Source: Pristiophorus japonicus (taxonomy: Eukaryota). Taken from it: a DNA stretch of 64,000 nucleotides. The position numbers were made by a program, and so were the translations under genes. The notes under the pieces are model-generated. The model ran no database searches. It saw nothing but the letters and a program-made list of their open reading frames with translations, and had not been told where the DNA came from. Positions 21,328-34,995 of this stretch are shown here, piece after piece. Positions within the stretch are counted from its first letter, which is position 1, and each line of letters starts with the position of its first letter. Where the stretch lies: positions 25,420,001 through 25,484,000 of the forward strand of contig NC_091980.1 in NCBI RefSeq assembly GCF_044704955.1. The letters are read 5' to 3'.

Positions 21328-24300
21328 TTTGCTGCAGAAAGATTGTCGGCTCATTTCACAGATTCAGTCTCTTTCCCTGTAAGAAATATAAACATAGATA
21401 TACATTTATATATAGTACATGATTTATTAGTTGACATTGTTGATTTGATAAACTTATAAATTTTATGTGGAATTTTTTTTGTGATGCCTCTCATTTCAGC
21501 TTTATGCCCAGGAGGATGCTGTGATCTTCCGTGAAAGAGTGATGGTAAGATGGGGCAGTGGTGAGCAACGGGGATCTGGGGTTTCATTCATTGGAACCGG
21601 AGTCTGAGGAGATGTTCACGGACAGCCCTTCTGGAATGGGGATCTGCTGCCTGCCCCCTCCCTTCCTCCTCCTCCTCCTCCTCCTCTCCCTTCCATGGTG
21701 AATCCCATTCTCCTGGAAAAGCCACATGCAAGCACCTCCTGCTGCTCTCTGTTCAGAAAGAATACAATGAAGTTCCTTCTCCTGGAGTATAGGGACTCAG
21801 TGACCTCCCGGATGGATGGCAAACTGGGAGATGTTAGCTCTATTTTCTGCTCCAGACTGGAAAGATCTGGTGGCAAAAAAATTGAGGGCCCCGGTGACCT
21901 TGAGGGCCGCTGGCACCGCATTCGTCGGCATGCTCTGAAGCTGCAGGTCTGTTTGCAGGAGGTGGCAGAGATCTGTGACCACCTCCTTGGTGAAGCGGAG
22001 CCTCCTAATACTATTTTGCCAGTTTAAGTTCAGGTGGGAGTAGTGCTCTCAGAAGACCCGAGGTGGAGAAGGCCTCCTGCTGTGAGCCCTCCTGCCCCTC
22101 CTTCTCCTCCCTATGTGAGCATCTTGTTCTCTTCTTCGCTGCCTCCTCTCCCTCTCCCTATCATACTCGAGCACGAGAGGGACTGCAAATAGAACCTCCA
22201 TGACTGAGAGCAAGTGGTGTGTGCAGAACCCTTTAAAAGTGCTTCATTGGCTGTAAAGCACATTAGGATGTCTGGTGGACGTGAAAGGCGCTATATAAAT
22301 GCAAGTCTCTCTTTTTTTCAAGATATCCCAAAGTGCTTTTCAACCAATGAAATATTTTTGAAATGCAAACACTGTTGTCATATAGGAAACTCAACAGCCA
22401 ATTCACACACAGCAAGGTCACACAAGTTGTAATGAAATTAATGACCAGTTCATCAGTTTTATGAGTACTTTGAGGGATAACTGCTGACCAGGCCACCAGG
22501 AGAACTCAACTGTTTTTCTTCGAATAGTGCCCAGGGATCTTTAATATTTACCTGACAGGACAGACGGGCTATCAGTTAATCTTCTCTTCCGAACGAGGGC
22601 AGCTCCGACAGTGAAGCACTCTCTGAATATTGCACAGAAATATCAGCATCGATTATGTGCTCAAGTCTCTGCAGTGGGACTTTTACCCACAATCTTCTGA
22701 CTCAGAGGCGAGAGTGCTAACATTGAACCACGGCTGACACCTTATATTTAGAGCTTTTTTCCTGAAAGTTATGTGAAAATAATATTTTTTATATTTGGAA
22801 TAACAAATTGAACATATCATACCAACTCTGAAACTAAAACTAAATTAATTATTTTACTGATCCATAAAATGTTGGACAAAATCTTCATGGGCTTATCTCA
22901 CTGGTCCTGACTTAGGTCATGTGAGTAAACCATAGCTAATGTTTCTCTCTCCTCGGGTACTGTCCCCCTATGCAGTCATCACCTCTCTCCTCAAAAAAAA
23001 AACCGCCGACCCCTCCGTCCTTGCAAACTGCCGCCCCATCTCCAACCTCCCTTTCCTCTCCAAAGTCCTTAAAAATGTCGTTGTCTCCCAAATCCGTGCC
23101 CATCTTTCCCAAAATTTCATGTTTGAATCCTTCCAATCCGGTTTCCATGCCTGCCACAGTACCTATACGGCTCTCATCAAAGACACAAATGATATCTTTA
23201 GTGATTGCTCCTCGTCCTTCTTGACTTGTCTGCAGCCTTTGACACGGTTCACCACTCCATCTTTCTCCAGCGTCTCTCCACTCTCAGCTGGGTGGGACTG
23301 CACTCGCCTGGTTCCATTCTTGGCTATCTAATCGTAGCCAGAGAATCACCTGAAATGGCTTCACTTCCATCCAGCATCATTACCTCCGGTGTCCCCCAAG
23401 GATCTATCATTTGCCCCTCCTATTTCTTATCTACATGTTGCCCCTTGGCGACATCATCTGAAACCACACCTTCAGTTTCCACATGTAACTGATGACACCC
23501 AGCTCTACCTCACTACCACTTCTCCTGACCTCTCCTCAGTCTCTATATTGTCCGACTGCTTGCCCAATATCCAGTTCTAGATGAGAAGAAATTTTCTCCA
23601 ATTGAATATTGGGAAGACCGAATCCAATGTTTTCGGTCCACGCCGCAAAGTCCTTTCCCAAGCCATTGACTCCATTCCTCTCCCCAACTTCTGTCTGAGG
23701 CTGAACCAGACTGTTCGCAACCTTGGTGTCATATTTGACCCTGAAATGTGCTTTTGACCATCTCCGTCCTTGCCTCAGCTCATCCACTGCTGAAGCCCTC
23801 ATCCATGCCTTTGTTACCTCTAGACTTGACTATTCCAATGCACTCCTGGTTAGCTTCCCTTTGTAAACTAGAGGTGATCCAAAACTCGGCTGCCCATATC
23901 CTAATTCGCACACAGTCCCACTGACCCATCACCCCTGTGCTCGCTGACCTACATTGGCTCCCGGGTAAGCACATTTCGATTTCAAAATTCTCATCCTTGT
24001 TTTCAAATCGCTCCATGGCCTCGCTCCTCCCTATCTCTGTAAGCTCCTCCAGCCCCACAACTTCCCAAGATGTCTGCGCTCCTCTAATTCTGCCCTCTTC
24101 AGCATTCCTGATTATAGTCGGTCAACCATTGGTGCCCGTGCCTTCTGTTGGTTAGGCCTCTCAGCTGTGGAATTCCCTGCCTAAACCTCTCCGCCTCTCT
24201 ACCTCTCTTTCCTCCTTCAAGATGCTCTTTAAAACCTACCTCTTTGAATAAACTTTTGGTCACCTGCCCTAATTTCTCCTATGCGGCTCGGTGTCAAATT

Positions 24301-24972
24301 TTTATCTCCTAATACTCCTGTGAAGTGCCTTGGGAAGTTTCACGACTTTAAAGGCGCGATATAAATACAAGTTGTGATATTTTTTCAACTAAATTGGGCA
24401 TCACTGATTAGTCAAAGAACTGAATGGACACAGAACTGTGAAGGACAATGAAGACGTCAAACAGCACCAGAGCATCACTTGGGAAACCAGAAAATACAAA
24501 TCCAGTTAAAGAAAATGTTTTATATCGACCAGTCAACAAGCAGGAAAGCTTAAAATGTATAAAATAGCAGATGGTCATCACTGAGTTGTAAGAAACTCTC
24601 TTTGAGTAATGTTACGAATAAGGAGATGAAACCATATAACCATAGTCTAAAGCGGGCAACATGTTTGAGAAATGCGATCAGTTATTCAAAGCACATTTAA
24701 ATCATTCCTTTAAAATGAGCATGATTGCAGTAAGATTGCCTACCTAGTGAAGGAGTCCAGAGACTGAGCAGCAAAACTCTCAGCACAGCAGAACACAAGC
24801 TGAAGTTACTGACGTTGTCATTTGTGAAACTGCAAGACAGGCGAGCTTTCTCTTCCCTTTCAGCTCAGGGTTCAGACATCATTGGTGCTGGGCACATTCG
24901 AGCTGTGATAGAAAATTGGCTCAAAATAGGAAATGGAAGGTAGCTCAAAATGGGAATTTATCAAATTCAAAA
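21328..24972. repeat. Tandem segmental duplication, copy 2 (~3.65 kb; lacks the equivalent of ~18935-19230)
   Basis: Same order of HARBI fragment, SINE, L2 (22935-24375) and unique flank as copy 1. Confidence 0.92.
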
Positions 24973-25109
24973 TAATTTCGGGATGAGTAGCAAAAGGACA
25001 TGTTATTTTAAATGTAACTGGGGGATCTGAAATGGCAGAATGGTAAATTGGAGAATCTGCTGCTTTATACTGAAAGGACTGTTATACCGTGAACATAATA
25101 ACAAAATGA

Positions 25110-27140
25110 CATAAGAATTAGGAGCAGGAGTAGGCCATTCGGCACCTTGAGCCTGTTCCGCCATTGAATGAGATCATGGCTGATCTTTGACCTCAACTCC
25201 ACTTTCCTGCAATGTCCCCATATCCCTTGATTCCCTTAATATCCAAAGATCCATCATAAGAAATAAAAATAGGAGTGGGCCATTCGGCCCCTCGAGCCTG
25301 TTCCGTCATTGAATGAGATCATGGCTGATTTTCCACCTCAAATCCACTTTCCTGCACGATCCCCATATCCCTTGATTACTTTAATATCCAAAAATCTATC
25401 TATCTCTGTCTTGAATATACTCAAATTCTGGGCTTCCATAGCCCTCTGGGGTAGAGAATTCCAATGATTCACCACCCTCTGAGTGAAGAAGTTTCTCCTC
25501 ATCTCAGTCCTAAATGGCCGATCCCTTATTCTGAGACTGTGACCCCTGGTTCTAGACTCATCAGCCAGAAGAAACATCCTCCTTCCATCTACCCTGACAA
25601 GTCCTGTAAGAATGTTGTATGTTTCAATGAGATCACCTCTCATTCTTCTAAAGTCCACAGAATATAGGCCTTGTCTACTTAATCTCTCCTCATAGGACAA
25701 TGCTCCCATTCCAGGAATCAGTCTGGTGAATCTTCGTTGCACTCCCTCAATGGCAAATATATCCTTCCTTAGGTAAGGAGAACAAACCTGTACACAATAC
25801 TCCAGGTGCGGTCTCACCAGGGTCCTAAATAATTGCAGTAATACATTTTTACTCTTATACTCATATCCTCTTTTAATAAAGGCCAACATACCATTTGCGT
25901 TCTTAATTGCTTGCTGTACCTGCATGTTAACTCTCAGTGATTTGTGTACAAGGACACCCAGGTCCCTCTGAACACCAACATTTCCCAATCTCTCACCATT
26001 TAAAAAATGCTCTGCTTTTCTATTTTTCTAACCAAAGTGGAATACTTCACATTTCTCCACAATATATTCCATTTGCCATGTTCCTGCCCACTCACTTAGC
26101 CTGTCTGTATCCCCTTGAAGTCTCTTTGCATCCTCCTCACAACTTACATTCCCACCGAGCTTTGTATCCTCAGCAAACTTGGATATATTGTGGCCGAAAT
26201 TCAGCCTCCCGAAAATGTCTCTGACCGCTGGAAAGTGGCAGCCACGTGGCGGAGTCGAATGGACACCGCTCGCGAAATTCTCCGAGGTGCTTTTTCCGGT
26301 GGTCTCCATTTCTGCCCCGCTGCTGCTGATCCCTCCTAAGTGCATCATCAAAGCGCGCACTGCCAATCTCCCGCACCTCAAGCTAAATTCAGGGGGAAAT
26401 CTTCGCGCCGGTGAGTGGTGCCCCGACAGTTTTTTCTGCCGGTGCACTCACTGTGTTTGCAGTGTGTGCGAAATGGCTGAGTGGCGGCCATTCAAGGGAA
26501 GGGTGCACAGCCGCGGCCGCCATTTTATTGTTTTTGTCGGCTCGGTCAGCCGGACAATTATGCCCCCGAGATCGGCCGGGCCATCAACAGGCAGCCTGGC
26601 ACCTCCTCTGGGGTGCCAGGCCGCTGGACTGGCCGACACCCTCCCTGGTGGCCCAGTGGACCTAACTGAAATAATCGCAGAACTACCAGTGTCTCGCTCC
26701 TTTCAGTGAAGGGGAGAGACGTGGTGACGCACAAGTGTCATGATGTCATCAGCGCTGCGCTGATGCCTGACAGCGGCTGAGACTCCATCCCGCTTCAACT
26801 TCCCACTCCTCTTGTGATCGATCTCCTGCTCTCTGCCCCACTTCCACCCCCATTATCACCGAATTACGGTCCGCTCAGAAAAAAAATGACAAAGAGCTGA
26901 ATTTTGCGCAAGAGGCCACCTCATCCTCAGCGGCGGTGAAAACACAACAAAAGCGGTAGGCGCGACCTGTTTCGAGCGGCGGTGAATTTCGGCTCCATTC
27001 CATTTAGTCCCCTCATCCAAATCATTGATATAGATTGTGAATAGCTGGGGCCCAAGCACCGATTCTTGCGGCAGCCCACTAGTTACAGCCTCCAACCCGA
27101 AAATGAGCCGTTTATTCCTACTCTTTGTTTTCTATCCATG
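25110..27140 (-). mobile_element. CR1 LINE 3' portion (RT), with doubled 3' tail and a MITE inserted
   Basis: ORF 25338-25988 LVRPHLEYC...FFTQRVVNHWNSLP; SGLPQESVLGPQLFTIYINDLD; SKFAEDTKL. Confidence 0.9.
26190..26996. mobile_element. Harbinger-type MITE (807 bp) with 13-bp TIRs and 3-bp TSD
   Basis: TIRs gtggccgaaattc / gaatttcggctcc. ATT is present on both sides (26187-26189, 26997-26999), and the CR1 sequence resumes across it. Confidence 0.85.
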
Positions 27141-27389
27141 AAGTGCCAGGGGTTGAAATTCTGGGGTTCCATCCAAAAAAAATGGCACAGATACTGGGGA
27201 AAATTGAGCCCTAACTACTCTGCACCAAGTGGCAAATAGTTCTGTACAGGTTTTTTAATTCATTTTCAGCTTTTTAAAATTGGGTTATTCACAGGTGGTG
27301 AACTAGAAATTGATTAAAAATACTTATTCTTTGTGAGAAACCCATTGTCAGTTAATAAAACTGCACCAATTACCAATCTTAATTACCAC

Positions 27390-29280
27390 TAGGAAGAGGC
27401 AGCGGACCTGGGCGAGGTCTGAGCGGGAGGGGAGCGAGAGCGGGAACGGCGATAAAAGCAGCGTAGAGTGCAGGCCCGAGACTGGAGGAAGCAGCAGACC
27501 TGGGCAAGGTCTAAGCGGGAGGAGAGCGAGAGCTGGCAGATTTTAAAAGAGTGACGTCAGAGTAGAAAAAGTGATGTCGGCACAAGGGTAGGAGCTGATT
27601 GGTGAATCGCTGGTGAGTGATTTTTGTTACGTTTTAGGTTTATTTCTGCTGGGTTTGTTCTTAGTCTATTAAATAGCTGCATGTCAGGGCAGCTCAGTTC
27701 CGTGGTGTGCACATCCTGTGTCATGTGCGAAGTCCTGGACACTTTGCGTAGCCTGGACGACCACATGTGCAGGAAGTGTTGCCAGCTACAGCAACTCGAG
27801 CTCCGCGTTTCGGCACTTGAGCGGCGGCTGGGGTCACTGAGGTGCATCCGCGAGGCTGAGAATTTTGTGGATAGCACGTTTCTAGAGGTGGTCACCTCGC
27901 AGCTTAAAAGTGTGCAGGCAGAGAGGAAATGGGTGACCACCAGACAGAAGAGGAGGACTAGGCTGTTAGTGCAGGAATCCCCAGAGTCCATCTCGCTCTC
28001 CAACCAGTATTCTGTTCTGAGTACTGGTGAGGGTGAAGGTGCCGTTGTGGAGTGCAGTCAGAGCTAAGTCCAGGACACCATGGGTGGCTCAGCTGCACGG
28101 GGGGGAGAAAGAAGAGTGAAAGAGCAATAGTGGTAGGGGATTCGATCGTCAGGGCTCGACAGGCATTTCTGCGGCCGTAGATGTGACTGCGGAATGATAT
28201 GTTGCCTCAGGGTCAAGGATGTCACCGAGCGGCTGCAAGACATTCTGGGGGGGAGAGGGTGAATAGCCAGAGGTCATGGTCCATATTGGTACCAATGGCA
28301 TAGGTAGAAAGAGAGACGAGGTCTTGCAGGCAGAGATTAGGGAGCTAGGAGAGAGATTAAAAAGCAGGACCTCAGAGGTAGTAATCTCCGGGTTACTGCC
28401 GGTGCCACGTGTTAGTGAGTACAGAAATAGGAGGATAAAGAAGATGAATGTGTGACTGGAGAGATGGTGCAGGTGGGAGGGCTTTAGATTCCTGAGGCAT
28501 TGGGGCCGTTTCTGTGGGGGGGTGGGACCTGTACAGACCGGACGGGTTGCACTTCAACAGAGCTGGGACCAGTATCCTCATGGGAGGGTTTGCTCGTGCT
28601 GTTGGGGAGAGTTTAAACAATCTTGACAGGGGGATGGGAACTGGAGAATAGATTCAGTGGGGAGAGAAGCAAAGCTGGATTTGGGCAGTGAAAAAGTAGA
28701 AAGTGAATTTGAAAGACAGAGGAAACAAGGGCTGGAAAATAGACAACAAGGGAGTTTGCCACCACTAAATGGTATATACTTCAATGCAAGGAGTATAAGG
28801 AATAAGGCAGATGAGCTGAGAGCACAGAGAGACACTTGGCAGTACGATATTATAGCTATTACTGAGACATGGCAGAAAGAAGGGCAGGTATGGCAGCTCA
28901 ACATTCCTGGTTACAGGGTTTTCAGACGGGATAGAAAGGGGAGTAAAAAAGGAGGGGGATCGCAGTATTCAATAAATAAACAATTACAGCTGTGAGAAGG
29001 GATGATATTTTAGAGGGTCATCAAAAGAGGCCATGTGGGTTGAATTGAAGAACAAAAAAGGGGCTATCACACTACTGGGAGTGTACTATAGACCCCCAAA
29101 CAGTCAGAGGGAGATAGAACAAGTATGTGTGCAAATTGCTGCGGTGCGTTAAAGTACAAAGTGTTGTAATAGTGGGGGACATCAACTACCCTAATATTAA
29201 CTGGGAAAAAAGCAGTGTGAATGGTACAGAAGGTGCGGAACTCCTAAAACGCATTCAGGAGAACTTCTTTAGCCAGTATG
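27390..29280 (+). mobile_element. CR1 LINE 5' portion (5' UTR, ORF1 zinc-finger/leucine-zipper plus esterase, start of ORF2 endonuclease)
   Basis: CTSCVMCEV...HMCRKCCQLQQLELRVSALERRL; VVGDSIVR (GDSL/SGNH-like); IYFNARSIRNKADEL...YDIIAITETW. Confidence 0.88.
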
Positions 29281-29284
29281 TAAC

Positions 29285-29566
29285 ATATATGTAAGACAAA
29301 GGTCCTCCACCAACCTGACCCCGCCACACAGCACTGCCCCCCAGTCATTAAGATCCATGGCGCGGCCCTGGACAACGTGAACCACTTTTCATACCTCGGG
29401 AGCCTATTATCAGCAAGGGCTGACATCAGCGATGAGGTTCAACACCGCCTCCAGTGCGCCAGCGCAGCCTTCAGCCACCTGAGTAAAAGAGTGTTCGAAG
29501 ATCAGGCCCTCAAATCTGCCACCAAGCTCATGGTCTAGAGGGCTGCAGTGAAACCCGCCCTCCTGG
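29285..29566 (+). mobile_element. RTE LINE internal fragment
   Basis: KTKVLHQP...IKIHGAALDNVNHFSYLGSLLSARADISDEVQHRLQCASAAF, the RTE post-RT region. Confidence 0.75.
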
Positions 29567-30110
29567 ATTCGCACATCTGCAGGAAATGTCTCTGCCTTCA
29601 GTCACTGTGGCTCAGAGTCATTGAGCTGGAGTGCGAGTTAGAGACACTCCAACAAAAAAGGAAGTGAGAGGATTGTTTTATCCAGATCTACATGCTACCG
29701 GTGAGGAGAAGGAGAATGTTTGCAGGGAGCAGAGCCACAATGCAGACTGAGGCACCGTGGCTCAGAAGGCGATGTGGCGGGGGGAGCGGTGGGAAAGAGT
29801 AAAATAGAAATATGGTAGTGATAGGGGCTTCTATAATTCGGGTGATAGATAGTGTCCTCTGCAGCCATGAATGAGAATTCCGAAGGGTGTGTTGCCTACC
29901 TGGTGCCAGGGATATCTCGAGGTGGCAGGAAATGAATTTGGAAAGGGAGGAGGAAATTCCACTTGTCATATTCCATGTTGGAATACACAACCAGGGTAGG
30001 AACAGGGAGGAGGTCCTGTGGAGGAAGTAATAGCAGTTAGGGGCTAAATTAAAAAGCAGGACCTCGAGGGTAATAATCTCTGGATTATTGTCCAAGCCAG
30101 GTGCAAATTA
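29567..30110 (+). mobile_element. CR1 ORF1 fragment
   Basis: HICRKCLCLQSLWLRVIELECELETL and esterase remnants (RVCCLPGAR, VIFHVG). Confidence 0.7.
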
Positions 30111-30384
30111 CTTAGGGGACGATTTTCATCAAGGCCTCCGCCTGCCCGAGTGCCGCCCAAAGTGCTGCAAACAGCCGCCGAGGTACTTTGGGTGGGATAT
30201 TCATCACTGAGGTCCCTCGAAGGTCGGCGGGCCGCAAATAGATGCCACGTGGCACCAATCTGCGATGCAGTGGGCGGGAGGTCCCATTCTCGGCGGCAGC
30301 CGCCCAAATGCCGACGAGGATGGAGTTGGGCCCACGGAGAGTCGAAGACCTTAAAAAAAAATCAGCAGTAAAAAATAAAAAAAG

Positions 30385-33300
30385 CTATCGTCAGTCCATT
30401 GGCCAGTTTGACTTGAAACACCCTACTCCCTTCTTTGGTTATGACAGTGCCAGTAAGCTATTTGGGACCATGTCCATAGTTGAGTACAAATATAGGGTCA
30501 TTGACTTCAATATCGCGTGACAGCTTTGCACGATCAACCCGAAGAGGACACCACCAACTTCGACCCTCCAACACGCATACAAGTTGCAACCGACATCACG
30601 GTTGACCACGAAGCTGAACTCACCATCCACAGCAATTTTCTGGCTGGGGTCCACTGAAGGTCTTCCAATGGTACATGCTTTGCTGATGCCGCCTGCCCTC
30701 GACATGATCATGGAGATCAGGGTGGACAAGAGATAGCCTTGTTTTGAGTGCCCTTTTCATGAGCAGCTCAGCTGGGGAAGCCCCGGTGAGCGAGTGGGGT
30801 CTGGTGCAGTAGCTGAGCAGGACTCAGGACAGGCGGATCTGCAGGGAGCCTTCCGACATGCGTTTCAAGCTTTGTTTGTTGGTTTGGACTGCCCATTCTG
30901 CCTGGCCGTTGGATGTGGGCTTGAACGGGGCAGATGTGATGTGCTTGATCCCATTGCGGGTCATGAATTCTTTGAATTCAGTGCTGGTGAAGCACGGCCC
31001 ATTGTGGCTGACAAAGACATTAAGCAGGCCGTGTGTAGCAAACATGGCTCGTAGGCTTTCGATGGTGGCAGTGGACGTGCTTACAGACATTATTACACAT
31101 TCAATCCATTTTGAATAAGCATCCACAACAATCAAGAACATTTTGCCTAGGAATGGGCCCGCAAAGTCAACGTGGATCCTAGACCACAGTTTGGAGGGTT
31201 ATGACCACAAACTTAGCGGTGCCTGCCTGGGAGCATTGCTCAGTTGAGAGCAAGTGTTGCATTGGCGCACGCATGACTCTAAGTCTGAGTCGATGCCGGG
31301 CCACCACACATGAGATCTGCCTATAGCTTTCATCATGACTATGTCTGGGTGGGTACTGTGTAGGTCGCGTATGAACATTTCCCTGCCTTTCTTAGGCAAA
31401 GCCACGCGATTACCCCGCAAAAGACAGTCCGCCTGTATGAACATTTCGTCTTTGCGCCGCTGGAATGGCTTGATCTCTTCATGCATCTCCGCTGGGACGC
31501 TGGAGCAGCTCCCATAGAGGATATAGTTTTTTTACCAGGGACAGTGAAGGATTCTGGCTGGTCCAGGTCCTGATCTGACGTGCCGTAATGGGTGACTTTT
31601 CGTTTTCGAATGCATCCATCACCAAGAGCAAGTCTGCAGGCTGTGCCATTTACAACCCGGTGGTGGGCAATGGTAGCCGACTGAGAGCATCAGCGCAGTT
31701 CTCTGTGCCTGGTCTGTGGCGGATTACATAGTTGTATGCAGACAGCGTGAGCGCCCATCTTTGGATGCGGGCAGAGGCATTGGTGTTAATCCCTTTGCTC
31801 TCTGAGAATAGCGTTATGAGCAGCTTCTAGCTCAAACTTGAGACCAAACAGACACTGGTGCATTTTTTTCACCCCGTAAACACACGCCACAGCTTCTTTT
31901 TCAATTATGCTGTAGGCCCTTTTGGACAAACTCCTGGATGCATAGGCGACCAGTTGCAATGTTCCCGATTCGTTAGCTTCTTGTAACACACACCCAACCA
32001 CGTATAACAACGCATCGCAAGCTCGCACTAATTGTTTACATGGGTTATACAGAACAAGCAGTTTGTTGGAACATAACAGATTTCTGGCTGTCTCAAAAGC
32101 AGCCTCTTGTGATTTCCCCCATACTCAGACATCTCCCTTGCGCAGTAGCACATGTAGAGGTTCTAGCAAGGTGCTTAACCCAGGTAGGAAATTACCAAAA
32201 TAGTTGAGGAGTCCCAGGAACGACCGCAGCTCCATCACGTTCTGTAGTCTCGGCGTATTCTAGATGGCCTCCGTCTTGACGTCGGTGGGTCTGATGCCGT
32301 CTGCCACGATTCTTCTTCCTAAGAACTCGACCTCTCGCGCCAGGAAAACACACTTCGAGCGTTTCAACCTGAGTCCCACGTGATTTAGCCGATTTAGAAC
32401 TTCTTCCAGGTTCTGCAAGTGTTCGATGGTGTCCCGATCTGTGACCAGTATGTTGTCCTGGAAGACCACGGTGCGTGGAACTGACTTTAGCAGGCTCTCC
32501 ATGTTCCGTTGTAAAATTGCCGCGGCCGAACGAATCCCAAACGGGCATCTATTGTAGATGAATAGACCTTTGTACGTGTTGATGCAGGTGAGGCCTTTCG
32601 AAGATTCCACCAGCTCCTGTGTCATGTAGGCCCAGGTCAGGTCCAACTTGATGAATGTCTTTCTTCCAGCCAGGGTCGCAAATAGGTCGTCTGCCTTGGG
32701 TAGCGAGTATTGGTCCTGTAGCGAAAAACGGCTAATCGTTACTTTATATTCCCCACAAATTCTGACCGTGCCGTCGCTTTTGAGAACCAGAACAATCAAA
32801 CTGGGCCACTCGTTGAACTCCTCCAGCGCAATGATGGCTTCTCTCTGCAGCCTGTCCAGCTCAATTTCCACTTTCTCTCACATCATATATGGCACCGCCC
32901 GTGCCATGTGATGGATCGACCGTGTACCAGGAACCAAGTGGATCTGCACCTTTGGCCCCGAGAAACTTCCAATGCCTGACTCAAACAATGACGGGAACCT
33001 GCTCAGAACCTGGGCACATGAGGCATTGACGACGGACGAAAGCGCTCGGATGTTGTCCCAGATCTAGCGGATTTTTCCCAGCCAGCTTGTGCCGAACAGT
33101 GTGGGGCCATCTCCTGGTACAATCCAAAGTAGGAGTTCGTGCACCACTCCATCATAGGAGACTTTTACTTCTGCGCTTTGATGTAAGGAATTAGCTCTTT
33201 GGTGTAAGTTCTTAGCTTGGTGTGAACAGGTCTATGCTTGGGCCTGTGTGCCTTGTTGCACCACAGCCTGTCGAAGGCCTTTTTGCTCATGATAGACTGA

Positions 33301-34511
33301 TTCGCACCTGTGTCCAGTTCCATGGATACTGGAATTCCGTTCAGTTCAACTTTTAACATGATCGGTGGATATTTCTTGGTGAAGGTGTGTACCCCGTACA
33401 CTTCTGTCTCCTCGATTCGAGTCTCTAGTTCAGCCTGATCCACCATGGATCGATCTTCCTCTGCAACGTGGTGGTTTGTAGGTTTTGCAGCTTGTCTGCA
33501 CATTCGCTGGAGGTGTCCCATTGTTCCACAGCCTTTGCACACATAGTGTTTGAAGCAGCATTGATGGACTCGATGATCACCTCCACAGCATCAACAAGGT
33601 GTTAACTGCCTCGCATTAACGATTGATGGCGGACTCTGGGTCATCTGAGGTCATGCAGCTGCAGGCATGTATATTCTGCCATATGCATTCCTGCCTGAAA
33701 AGAACGTTGCTTTGTGTACAGTACTAGCCGAAACCTCTTTATGCTGCAAAATTTGTTTTGTGTTATCGCTGGTGGACATAAATGCCTGGGCTATCGTTAT
33801 GGCTTTGCTCAGATTCGGTGTTTCAACAGCAAATAGTTTACGAAGGATAACCTCACAAGGAAAACCTGCCAAGCACAAGAGTCTCTTAGCATTTGCTCAA
33901 GAAATCCATTGAATTCGCAATGTCCTGCAAGGCGCCTTAGTTCGGCGATGTAGCTCGCCACTTCCTAGCCTTCAGACCATTGACCCGTTGTCATCAAAAC
34001 ACTTTCCTTCGGATTTAGATGCTCCCAGACCAGCATACACAGTTCTTCACAGGATTTGATTGTTGGTTTCACCGGAGCTAGAAGATTCTTCATGAGGCCA
34101 TAGGGTGTTGCCCCACAGACCGTAAGGAATGTCATCCTTCATTTGGCAGTGTTCTCATCCCCTTCCAGCTTGTTGGCCATGAAGTATTGGTCGAGTCACT
34201 CCAGGAAGGCCGCCCAATCGTCCCCTTCTGAGAATTTCTCCAGTATACCAACAGTTCTTTGCATTTTCGCATGGTTGTTCGTTATCTCGTCGCCAATTGT
34301 TATGCTCATAATAAAGTGATACAACTGAGTACTGTATGCAATGAGTAAGTTTAACCTTAGCTCCTTTAATTAAACTCCAGAGTGTTGGTACAGCATGGGA
34401 GACCTTCTTATATACAGTGCTCCCAAGGGATGCTGGGATCCCTTGGGACTCCAACAGATAGGCCCTCTAGTGGTGTCATGATACCGGTTACCAAGGGTTA
34501 CATACATAACA
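30385..34511 (-). mobile_element. Gypsy LTR retrotransposon: 5' LTR (34298-34511), PBS, gag-pro-RT-RH-IN; 3' end lost; many stops and frameshifts
   Basis: TG...CA LTR followed by PBS TGGCGACGAG. MQRTVGILEKF gag; MELDTGA protease; RCPFGIRSAAAILQ/FQDNIL RT; VAYASRSL RNase H; VVDAYSKWIEC/PFKPTSNGQAE integrase. Confidence 0.92.
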
Positions 34512-34995
34512 GGATCCAAGGGAGAGGAAATTGGATCCAAAATTAGCTCAGTGACAGGAAGCAAAGGGGAGTTGAGGAGAGTTTTTGAGACTGGAAGGTT
34601 GTTTCCAGTGGGGTTCCACAGGGCTCAGTACTCGGTCCCTTACTTTTTGTAGTATAAATTAATGAGTTAGGCTTAAATGTAGGGGGCATAATAAAGAAAT
34701 TTACAGATGATACAAAAATTGACCATGTGGTTGACAATAAAGAGGAAAGCTCTAGACGATGAACTAGTCAGTTAGGCAGAAAAGTGGCAAAAGGAATTTA
34801 AGGTGGAAACGAATAGTATAGATGCATTTAAGGGGAAGTTAGATAAGCATATGAGGGAGAAGGGAATACAGGGTTATGCTGATAGGGTTAGATGAGGAAA
34901 GACGGGAGGAGGCTCGAGTGGACATAAACACAGGCAGAGATTAGTTAGGCTGAATGGCCTGTTTCTGTGCTGTATATCCTTTGTAATCCTATGTA
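34512..34995 (+). mobile_element. CR1 fragments (RT and 3' tail)
   Basis: SGVPQGSVLGPLLF...KFTDDTK, then a 3' UTR with ggctgaatggcctgtttctgtgctgta. Confidence 0.75.
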
